A DNA stretch of 64,000 nucleotides from Anthoceros angustus (Eukaryota; Plantae; Anthocerotophyta): NCBI GenBank assembly GCA_010909165.1, contig MU008164.1, forward strand, positions 186,001 to 250,000, read 5' to 3'. Both the position numbers and the translations under genes were made by a program. The notes beneath the pieces are model-generated. The model ran no database searches and was not told the origin of the DNA. It was given only the letters and a program-made list of their open reading frames with translations. Below, one piece after another: positions 36,740-47,718 of the stretch. The first letter of the stretch is position 1. Each line of letters begins with the position of its first letter.

Positions 36740-39570
36740 GAGGTCCTTTGTCATGAACCATGTCGTCACTAATATAAAAATGGTAATACTTCTCTATGGT
36801 TGATGAAGGGTCTTCTCCATCGAGAGGGCCATTGCGCTTGTAAAACATGAGAACCAGAATGGATACCTGGTCGTTTTGCTAGTGCATAGATTGGATTTCG
36901 TTCTGCACGCCAAAAGCATAGTTCTGCGAAAAGTCCATCACAGATACTACAACATCTTGGGGAAACCATTCTAGGCATTGTCTGAACTCTATCCCTTGCC
37001 AGTGCTGAACAAAATCGTGGAGCACAAACTCCTTCAGCTTGACCTTCAGGTGCTCCACAAACTCTGATCGGTGTGTTTCCATAAATACTAACTTGATGCG
37101 TTTTTTATCATGGCCATCTGAATCTTTGCCAACAACTTGGTATGCGAAAACGCCGCCACTTGAGAAGCAGTCGGGTTGGATAGTTGCATCTACCTCCGAT
37201 GGAAAAAAGGCAAGTGTACTAACACCACACGCTGCACAAGTTCCTTGCAAGCATGCAAGAGCATGCCAATCAGCATCTGGTTCCTTTGCACAAAGGACAC
37301 GCTCACAAAGCACCCTCACTGACGGCAAACAGGAGGAAGCAGCATTACATGCAAGATCCGATGACCCTAAAGGAGGATTACAAACAAGGCAAGAACATTC
37401 ACAGTGGCCACGGGGGTGAACTCTGGAAACCGTTCCCCGAAGGCCATTGAAAGCATCCTTTAGGAATGCCATCTCAACATGGTACCTACAACAGCATAGA
37501 TTGCGCTCCTGTAGGCTCTTCACATAGAAGGGCTTCAATTTCTCGAGTGTACATTGGCCTACTTGAATATCAGGGTGTGCTCATGACAGAAGCGAAGGTA
37601 GAATTCCGTCTGCACATGCTAGCATCATATGAATTAGTGCGGCTGAATGTATACACAACCCTATGTGTCCCAGCCAACAAGGTACCAAAAGTCAAGACAA
37701 GCGGACACATGCCCAAGTAACGAGATGACCAAAAAACTTGGCAAAGGCCCTTGGCAAAGAACGTGACCAAGTGTACATGACCAGGAAGCCACATGCTAAT
37801 CTAAAAAAGAGGTTGCTCAATACAAAAATCATCCTTCTGGGCATGGACAAATGGGACAGCGGGGGGTGACAAGTCGGCCACACATGTGCAAACTGAGTGA
37901 AGCGACCATGTGACCACCAAGTCAAGCAACCATGTGACCACTGAGTCAATCAACCATGTGACCACTGAGTCAAGCAACCATGTGCACAACCACTGACTCA
38001 AGCAACCATGTGACCACTGAGTCAAGCAACCTTGTGACCACAGGGTCAAGCAACCATGTGCACAACCACTGACTCAAGCAACCATGTGACCATAAGGAAT
38101 GGGAACTTGTGGTCACCATGGGTTGCCCCCTGGCCATCGCCGTTGGCCACAATTGTGACCAATGAGTCTACCAACCATGTGACCACAAGCACTACTTGTG
38201 CTTACCATGGGGTGACAATTGGCAAGAGGCCCACAGACCAATCTTGTGGTCTCAGGCGCAGGTGGCCATCCGAGCAGCTGGTGAGCACATGGGAAGACCA
38301 CAATAAGCCAATGGCACCAGACATCCACAATGGCACATCAATGTGTGGTACATTAGGCCTGCATAAATAGCAACCACCATATACATCACCCATGTGCAGC
38401 AGGCAGACACTGTCAACCGGCGTTTCCACCAAGCATGCATTCGTCTTCCTTGAATGCCACACCTGGACATGAAAGCAAACATCGAACAACTGAATTCTCA
38501 TACAAACCGGTGAGCACATGGGAAGACCACAATAAGTCAATGGCACGGACATGAAAGCAAACATCGAACAACTGTTTCTCATAAAAGCCTAATAAGGAGG
38601 AAGGCTCTAATATACCCACATATACATCACTCAAACATCACCAATAGCCAGACCTATCACCAATCACCACATCACAAACAGCATGTCCACCACAACTACA
38701 CAGATGAAACCGGAAGAATGAAAGACCAACCTGAGACATATCAAGGAAGTGAGTGATATGCTTGGTAAACGTCTTTGGAGCCATTCTCAACCGTTTGGTG
38801 TCCTTTGTGTTTGATGAGGGGCGCGAAGCAAGCTCCCAGAACTACACAATGCTGTCCTTGACATACCCTGAAACAATGTCATTCCGTGTCTTCCGACCTG
38901 CACCACACCATGACCACAATTCACCACGTTCATGCCCTTGTTGAGAGTTTAGTGTGCGATATAGCTGCCTCCTACTGACTCCTATCTGCCGAGACAATGA
39001 GGAAACCAGATGGCTCCATGGATGTCCTCTGTCAGAATGATGTTGAATAGTGTGTTCCTGGCCCTCAGGTGGTCTCCAAATTGCACATCCTTTAGACATG
39101 TACATGCATCCTTCACATTCTTCAATATCAAGGCTGCAAGGTGGCTATCCTTTGCAGTCTGTGCAATATCTGAACGGTACTCCTTTAGCAATGGCAAGTG
39201 GCCAAAAAGTGCCAAGATGTCCTTCCTGCATGATGATGTGTACGCAGAAGTGAGGGACAAAAAATATTGCCCAAGTTGGTGAGCTACTCGTTGTTTCGCA
39301 CGAAGAGAGCACTCTCGACTCCCCTAGAGGCGCATAGCCCGCCGCTCTCCACTTTGGACGCTGCTGATGACCGCTTTGCCCGCCATCACCCTCATGTCTG
39401 TCCTCCCCCTCGTGAGCATCTAGCCCTTGTTGTTCATCTTCCTCCTCGATAACTTGCTGGATGTTTGCAGATGCAGTTGTTTGGGCCGCTTCCTCCGACG
39501 ACGCCTGCTCAAATTTCATGCTCGCTTTGGCTTGCCGTGAACGGCCATGCCACAATACCATCATCAGCAT
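36740..39570 (-). mobile_element. Sola2-like DNA transposase gene (intron-containing, degraded, 3'-truncated); the element probably extends further right toward ~40.5 kb
   Basis: RKTRND...VKD.IV.FW...SRPS...KD..R.R...KH..HFLDMSQ / intron 37610-38730 / TEFYL...EKLKPFYVK...RNLCCCRYHVE...C..G.C..CGV...MDFSQNYAFGVQNEIQSMH...HFYISDDMVHD. Confidence 0.7.
37905..38092. repeat. 24/28-bp minisatellite (ACCATGTGACCACTGAGTCAAGCA) in the transposase intron
   Basis: About 7.5 units. The 28-bp variant recurs at 37977 and 38053 (76-bp higher-order period). Confidence 0.9.
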
Positions 39571-41033
39571 GCTATACGCACACTACCCCCATGACTCTGC
39601 ACTTTACCAAAAAGGCTTGAGTTAAGAGAGACACAAGCACCCATTAACAAGGCCCCACTTTTCAGTAAGTAGCCTCACAAACTCTCCACAAGCACAACTC
39701 CTTATAGATACACAAATGGCACAGTAGCAGATTACCTCCACCGCCAGCATCTGCATCTTGCAGATTACCACCAGACACATCACCCAGAACCGCAAGCTTG
39801 AACCGAGCAGACGCAGCGTAATCGCCAGACGTAGAAGCAACGCCAACATCCTGTAGCAAACCTAGCATACCGCATCCACCACCAGATCAGATACAGCTCA
39901 TCATCCACAGGTGCACTAGCATCAACATCCATCCGGCCATGTCGAAACCTGGCAGTCTCCTCCACTCCATTGAGCGGATTTGGCTGGATGCTGGTTTGGT
40001 TGCAACATAGTGTGACTCGCCGCGGAGAGCAACCATGCCAGGTTCTTAGTGTCATCACCCACGAGTTCCTGCTCCTTCTCCACATCGGACAAATGACAAG
40101 TGCACACGTCTGCTCATGGCAGCCACCTTCGCTAGAGCGTGAGTCCCCAACCACTGATTTCCTCGGCCTTGGCGGTTCTCAGAGGTTGACTTGTTAATGC
40201 CAGAGTTGAGCGGTGGTACGCAACCCGATCCACTAGGTCAATAATCCAATTCAAATTCCTGCCATAAGTCGATGGGCCCTGGCCGGTTCATCACAATTGT
40301 GGCTAAACGAACTTTGTGTCTGTGGACAAACCCGTCCAAATGAACTCAACAGTTGTTTATGTGAAATAGATATTATAATAATCTATATATTTTTATACAT
40401 TAGCGCAAAATACAATAACTCATGTACTATAAGCTGTAAAAAAATTAGATACATCCGGGACGAAATGAATTACATATATTTATATGAACAGAGAGAGGAC
40501 AAATTAAGAGTGTTTCGTCCGTTTTGAACCCAGGTTCACTTGAGGATGTCCAGGGCTCACCTGCTTTGTGAGTGGACACTTCATGTGGCTCTATGTCCCT
40601 TTCTGTACACCGCTCCACTCTAACTACTTTGTTTGGTCACATCTTGGTGTGCCAACTTTTAGAGGGAGATGTTCTGAGCATACATTGTCGTGTGTGATGT
40701 GCTGACAAAGTTATTTCAAAAGAAGCATCCGGAGGTGCAAAAACTGGTTATTTGTTTTGTTTTGTTCACCCGTTTTTGCAAGGGGGTTGTTAGCGCCCTT
40801 AGGATTTTGCTAAATAGCTTTTCCTTTGTTTTTCCTTGTTCCTGGACATCTTAGGTTGAGCCTATTTTGTAGGCTCATCCAGACCTTGAAGCTTTGTTGC
40901 TTTTTTTGTTAGCCATGTATGCACTCTGCGTGGCTATGGACAACTATGCTGCCTTACTGCGCGACATATTCCAGACAAATTCCAAGATGAATTTCTTTCA
41001 AGTTTTCTTATCATATCATTGCTTATTTATCTA

Positions 41034-41180
41034 TGTTTGAATCTTTGACGCCCATAGAAGCTTGAAATAAGTAGGATCGACCGGCTTGAATCTTGATGCC
41101 CATACAAGCTTGAGAATGGTAGCATTGTTTTTATATATGAATTTTTCATGTTTGAATCTTGACGCCTATACAAGCTGACA
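41034..41180. repeat. Three spaced ~30-bp direct repeats (TTGAATCTTGA[C/T]GCC[C/T]ATA[C/G]AAGCT)
   Basis: Copies at ~41035, ~41085 and ~41150. Confidence 0.7.
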
Positions 41181-41554
41181 TCGTCCAAACCCATCAGCAT
41201 AAATTAGACCCACTGAAAAACAGCCGCTTTACAAAGCCGAGTCCAGCTAAAGCAAGAGCTATGGGTTAAAATGATGGAAAGTAAAAAATTAATAGGTGGG
41301 TGCTTAATATATTATCTAGGTATTAACAATGGGCTAGTTCAGTAGAATAGATCTGGAATCGTCTTTCCATCACTGTACTACATGTTGAAAAAGGTTTCAC
41401 TGCACGGCGTGGTAGATAGAAAAAGGGAGGCCATCGCTGCGATACATTTACTCTACTTCTTCTTCGTCTTCTTCCCTTGAGACGCTCATCAGTCCGGCTG
41501 GTTGTGAGTATAGTGATCCCAGGCAACAACAACCATCCAGAGTTGTGTGCTAAC

Positions 41555-41804
41555 AAGCAAGCAAGTAGGCAAGCCATCGAGGAAGGCAGGCAGGCAGGCA
41601 GCAAGCAAGCAAGCAAGCAAACAAGTGAGCAAGCGAGCGAGCAAGCAAGCAAGCGAGCAAGCGAGCGAGCGAGCAAGCAAGCAAGCAAGCGAGCAAGCGA
41701 GCGAGCCAGCAAGCAAGCAAGCAGGCAGGCGAGCAAGCAAGCAAGCAGGCAAGCAAGCAAGCAAGCAAGAAAGCAAGCAAGCGAGCGAGCGAGCGAGCAA
41801 GCAA
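41555..41804. repeat. Compound tetranucleotide microsatellite (GCAA/GCGA/GCAG)n
   Basis: Directly visible, ~170 bp upstream of the VCS ATG. Confidence 0.95.
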
Positions 41805-41975
41805 AGACGCCAAGGAAGGAAGGTGAGCAGGGGGGCCATAGCAGTGGAATCGGTTGCTTAGCTGCGTGCTGCAAATTTGAGGAGTCTGTTTTTTGTGCCT
41901 TTCATAACAGGCAGGCAGAGGCACTGAAGGAGTTGTAGAAGATAAGCGCAGTTTAGTGGAGCGAGTGCGCGCGGA

Positions 41976-44900
41976 ATGGGCTCAGCAGGGCCGTCGGGAG
42001 GGTTCGTCGACCTGCATACCTTTTTCAAGGTTCCATCAGGTTCCCCTCACCCAGCCTATCCCAATCCATCCAACCCCTACCCGCAGGCTCCCCCGGTATA
42101 TTCCTACCCGACGCCGGCAAATCTTCCTCCTAATCCCAGTGCCTACGGCTTCAGCACCCCTCCCGCAGCCTCCTACTATATGCACTTTGGCGGCCAAGAT
42201 CTGAACCCGCGCCCCCCTCCCTTCCCCCCCTTCCCCCAGCTTCCTTCCTCGCATTCCCTTCCCCACGCCTCCGAGCCCCAGGCTCCAGTGCAAGGAGTGC
42301 AGCCAGCTAGCAGTCCCCCTCTGGACGGGGCCCGGCTCATGGCTCTCCTGACCACGTCCTCTGCCGCGGAGGGAGACATGGCCGGCTCGCTGGAGCTACC
42401 GGAAGGCTCCAGGCAGGTCCCGGGTCCGGAGTCCCGACTGTGGCTCCTCCGGCAATTGCCCCCGCCATTCCCACCGCTCCCCCGGTTCACTCCCTGGTCA
42501 CTCCCTCTGCCCCCAGGATGCCTGCCAAGCGAGGTCAGGGACGACTGATTTTAGGGGGGAAGGTTTTGTACGACATAGATGTGAGGCTGCCTGGAGAAGC
42601 TCAACCGCAGTTGGAGGTGCAGCCTATTACTGTGTACACGTCAGAGAATGTGATGGTCGTGGGACGGCAGATTGCTGTCAACAGCGAGTATATCTGCTAT
42701 GGCCTCCGTGGAGGTAACATCAGGATTCTTAGCATCCACACAGGCTTGCGGGCCCTTCTGCGAGGACACTCACTGGTCTGTTCTGCCTGCTTGTATACGT
42801 ACATTGTATGCATGTGTCTGTATGGTGATGTGTATTAGCTTTTAATCTCATCACTTGCTTTGGGGTGCCACTCCAGAGAATGACCGACATGGCTTTCCTT
42901 GCTCCGAGTCTCCATTTTGTAGCCAGGTGAGATGGTCCATCAGTTATGGCATTCGAGCGCGGTCCTCTTGCTGAACCCCTCTTCAGTTTATAGTCACCAT
43001 GGGACTGATTATTCGCTTTTTGTTGGAATGGCAGTGCCAGCTCCGACGGCCGCGTTTTTGTTAGGGAGATCGTAGCGGATGGTGGTGAGGATGGGAAAAC
43101 ACAGATCAAGGATAAGATAGTTCTAGCCCTGCACCTTATGGGAGACTGGGAGTCAGCGCATCCACTTGTTTGCTGGCATTCTCACATGCAGGTTGCCTTT
43201 CTGTTACTGCCGTTGGCCTCATTTATGATGAACAACGTTTTTCTCTGTCATGGCTGTGTTTTGCTGCTGAACGCACTGTGTACAACAAATATGTGCAGAA
43301 GTCACTTTACGTAGGCATTGGCAAGTATCTTGTTGAAATAAATATTTCAGCAGCAGGACGACTAGCCCCACCTGGTGGGTTCACGGTGGACAACCCTGTC
43401 GAATTTGATGTGAATCGTCCACCAGAGGGTATTTTTACAATGTGTGGACATGAAGGTGATGTTACCAGCCTGGCAGTAACTGATAGATTCCCCAACTGTG
43501 TAGCTACTGCTTCCAAGGATGGGGTGGTGAGTCCATTCTTGCCTTTCTCACTGCTACTCTTTAACGTAGATCCAGATGCTTTATATTCTGCTCACATTCT
43601 CACTTTCTACTGCTGCCATATGGGTGACGTAGGTGTGTTTCTGGGGTTCCAATAAGACACCTCTGATGACTTTAGTTCCTCATAACCGTCAACCTGTTGG
43701 CACAGTTGCCTTTCTGGCAGCTCCTGGTGGGCCTGCCAGCACTGGTGGAGTTCTGCTTCTGACAGCGGTGTGTGGCATCGATTTTGAGCTTCTTTCATAC
43801 CTTTCCTCTGATCAACCTCCTCACACTGAAATCTCTGTTTAGACTTCTTGTTTATTGGAGGCTTACCTTGCCGTGCATCAGGGGCCTTTAAACCGAGAAC
43901 TGAAGCTCTGGGCACAGAGGCCCCAAGGAGTTCCTTTGTCGCCTGCCTCACGGTCGTGGAGCTGCTTTCAAACACTTGAACTCCACAGCTCAGCTGAAAC
44001 TGCATGCGACAGGGCATTTTTTAATCAGGTGGTGGTTCTACCACATGCAAGCTTGATCCTTCTAGCGAATACGAAAAAGAATGCTTTATATGCAGTCCAT
44101 GTAGAGGTTGATGCACATGGCAACCCCAGGCGCATGGATTACATAGCAGAGTTTTCTGTGACTATGCCTGTGCTTAGCCTTACTGCAACCATCAACGAGG
44201 AAGCAATAGTTCAAGTTTATTGTGTTCAAACTCAGGCTATTCAGCAGTATGCCCTTGATATGGCTCAGTGTTCCCCTTCACCAGATGAGGATGGTAGCTC
44301 CCTACAAAATTCTGAGGGAAATGTAGGTCGTGTCGGGTCACCAGCCTTACAGAATCTTTCTGGGACTTTGGCAAGTGAGGTGATGATTGCGTCATTATCT
44401 TCTAGTTACCAGAGTGGCCTAGATGCTGGGAGACCCATCAAAGTGGACAGTAGCCTAGATTGTGAAATGTCTATGGACCTTTCTGTTGATCAAGCACCTG
44501 TGACGTCTGCTGTAAGTAGAGTGAACATGTTGGAACTCACCGAGGATAGCATAGCAGATCAAGGATCTATTGCATCAGCGAAGGACTGTGCAATTACTAC
44601 AGAAGAAGTTCCCTCGAATGAAGGGCAGAATGTGTCTGAAACTCCAGGACAAAAACCTAGTTCCAGAAGCACACATGAGGCGGTCAGCAGTGGGAGTGCA
44701 ATGCCAGACACGAATAACCAAGAACCTGAGAAGCAAGTGGAGGAAGAGGGGTTAGAGACCAGTGCTGAATTGCCACCATCTGATGATGATGGGGAGAAGG
44801 TTTCTGACAACTCAACGTCAAGCAAGGGTATTCAACCTGTAGGCTTCAGTGAAGAAGAGCTACGGGACACACTGCCTCCGATATTACCAGTAGGTGCCAG

Positions 44901-47450
44901 TTCAGCTCATTCACTCCTAACTCCATCTCAGCTCATGCAAATGGCTCAGGGATCCACAGTTGGACAAGGGAGCTCCCCCCTTTCTTCTCCGGTTACCCGA
45001 ACAGCAGGAGTGGACTTGGGCTTAGATGAGAAGAAGCTTGACTACACCATTCTCAATGTGGAAGTGGATAAAGTGCCTGGTTCTGAGAGCAGCATTGCCA
45101 CCTTAGAAGTTCCTGGTGATCAGGAGGTTTTCGCGGACAGCAGTGCGTTGTCTTCTGATGGTTTTAGCCAGAATATGCAGATTCCTGTGCAGGATAGGAT
45201 GTCATTTACCAATAATGAGGAAGATGCTTCTGATGAAGTTTTGCTGGTTTTGGATGGAGAAGCTTATGAAGAAAGGGACTCTTCAGTCCTTCATGTTAGG
45301 GAGGGGCAGGAAGTTCTGAAGGAAACTTCAGTTGCTAGATCAGATGTGATCCGAACAGCTCTGCCTTCACCAGCCTCGGTTGCTGCAAAGGGCAGGAAGA
45401 ACAAGAACAAAGCAAATATCTCTGGAGTTGGAATTGCAGGTGTTTCTGAAGCTCCCCCTATCAGATCGACTGTTGTACCGATAGCCTCGACAGTGGTCTC
45501 TTCTGATGGTGAACCAAGTGTAAGCACCAGTTCAAGGCCAAACACAAGCGAGGGCTTGGTTACTCAGGTTATTGCAATGCAGGACACGTTAAACCAGGTA
45601 ATGACGTCTCTGCTTTAGCTTTTTTCTTGTTAACGTTATTTACCTTTTCTAGAGAAGAGAATGTGTTCTGGATGAAGGGATGACTGACGTGCCTGCATTG
45701 CCAGTTAATGGTGATGCAGAAGGAACTACACAAGCAGATGGCAGTTATCTTAGCTGTCCCAGTCAACAAAGAGGGAAAGCGAGTGGAGGCCTCTTTAGGG
45801 ACACGTATCGAGAGGGTTGTGAAGGCTCATGGTGATGCAATGTGGGCCCGAATGCAAGAGGAAAATGTCAAACGTGATAAACTTGACCGAGAGCGATTGT
45901 CATCGGCTTTCTCGAACTTAATCAACAAGGATCTGCCTGTGGCTTTTGAGCGCACACTGAAGAAGGAGATCTCCGCTAATGCTCCAGCAGTCGCAAGGCA
46001 GATAACACCATATGTCGAAAAGGCTGTCATGGCCGTTTTTACTGATGGTTTCCAGGTGTGCATTCAGGAGTTTTGGTGGACTAAGGAGAATGCTTGATTG
46101 CTTTGCATTCCTATCCTGGTTAGTTTCTCACTCTAATTTCTTGTAGCAGAAGTCCCTTGGTGAAAAGATTGCACCACAGTTGGACAAGATTGTCTCAACA
46201 AGGCTGGAGGCATCTGTGAGCAAGCATTTGCAGAATCAGTTCCAAACTGCAGGAAGGCAAATACTGCAGGTTGGAGTTCTGACAGGGGATTTCGTTTGTG
46301 TTGTTGCTTTCCTTTTGAAGTATGATTTGCGATAAATCCCATTAATATATGAACGATACTGTGCAGGATTCTATTCGGGCGTCATTTGAAGCATTGATAG
46401 TCCCGGCATTTGATAGATCATGCAGGTCAATGTTCGAGCAAGTAGATGAGGCCTTTCAGCAGGGTATGGCTGAGCATACAGCCCATGCACAGCAACAGTT
46501 CAATGAGTCTCATTCTGCACTTGCCAGCACCCTGCAGGTAGTGTACCTAGCTATTATGGTCCTTATCTACTCTTGTTGTAAAAGTTGGCCTGCAGGTTTC
46601 CACCGAGAGTATCTGCTCAGTCGTCTCTCCTCCTGGCTGTCTATCTTTCTTTGAACTTTCTGCTTGTCATGCAGGATGCAGTGACTTCTGCAACATCCCT
46701 TGTAGCTTCTCTTAAAGGGGACATAGCTGATGGGCAGAGGAAGCTGGTGGCACTAGCTGAAAATGCAGGTGCTACAGCTGCGAGGGCTGGTTTAAGTGCC
46801 AGTCAGAGCAATGGCACACTTCGTGATAAGGTAAATGAATGTTAAGATGACTTTCGAATACGATGAGTCTACCTCGAACCTTCGGGCATGTGCTGATGTT
46901 GGCTGTTGCACTTTGGACACGTGACCTACGTAGGTGCTGTCTCTGCAACATGTCGAAGAGGCTCTGGATCCTACGATTGAGCTGTCAAGGTTGGTGAGCG
47001 AGGACAGGCTGGAGGAGGCATTCAATAGAGCCCTTTCACTGAGTGACGTGGCGGTGGTGTCATGGCTATGTACTCAGGTGGGCTGCAAGACAGCTGACTG
47101 TCGTTGGTGGCGGTGTGCATTGCTGACAAGAGACAACCGTTTGACTGCTGCAGATTGATCCGGAGAAGCTTTTCACGAGGGTCCCGCTGCCCCTGAGTCA
47201 AGGAGTGCTGTTATCTCTGGTGCAGCAGCTTGGCTGTGAATTAGGACAGGACACGACCAGGAAACTGACGTGGATCCAACAGGCTGCTCTTCTACTGAAC
47301 CCCAATGACCCCGTGCTCGCACCCCACATGAGGCCCTTTCTAGAGCAGCTTTACCAGAATCTGCATCGCCAGATGGTGGCTTCTCCAAGCACCCCATCCA
47401 TACGGCTGGTCATTCATCTCGTCAACTCCTTGCTAACATCATGCAAGTGA
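41976..47450 (+). CDS. VCS: Enhancer of mRNA decapping 4 / VARICOSE (multi-exon; apparent 1-nt frameshift near 42400-42435)
   Basis: Pro-rich N-terminus; [25 protein letters not shown]...[15 protein letters not shown]; [10 protein letters not shown]; AFFNQV; [16 protein letters not shown]; [17 protein letters not shown]; [11 protein letters not shown]; C-terminus [13 protein letters not shown]...[18 protein letters not shown] introns throughout. Confidence 0.95.
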
Positions 47451-47718
47451 ACCGGAGGGGACTATGAGATCTGTACATTGATGTCTTGTAACAAAAGGGA
47501 TGCTGAGATAGCGAGAAGGTAGGAAAACGTTTTGCAAACTGGAAGGTTCTACATTTGTTGCCACTCATGTGGATGCTATGTAATAAATGCGGCTGGGCTG
47601 CCCTGCTCTGTCGGTCCTTTCCGGACTCTCTCGTGCCCTAATTCCTCGGTGGTTCCGGCACCCGTTAGCGTTTGCAATGCAGTCATGGAGGTGGCTCTGG
47701 CCATCACGCGTCTGAGGG

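Larger units (their letters stand above)
28037..36740 (-). mobile_element. Second Ty1/Copia element (5'-truncated in gag) with a ~1.8-kb 3' extra region
   Basis: RH 31970-32443, RT 32483-33400, INT 34742-35900, PR (WYLDSGATSH) and knuckle CNWCRIPNHMEKNC 36400-36680; 3' LTR with PPT at 28037-28296. Confidence 0.88.

Noticed and set aside
37905-38092. CRISPR-like appearance of the 24-bp repeats
   Set aside because: Units are contiguous with no unique spacers, there are no cas genes, and the context is a eukaryotic intron.
41034-41180. Three spaced repeats as a mini CRISPR-like array
   Set aside because: Only three degenerate copies with uneven spacing, and the similarity extends into the spacers. 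A decayed tandem repeat is more likely.
41323-41938. LACLLA / ASKQ-repeat ORFs
   Set aside because: Translations of the tetranucleotide microsatellite.
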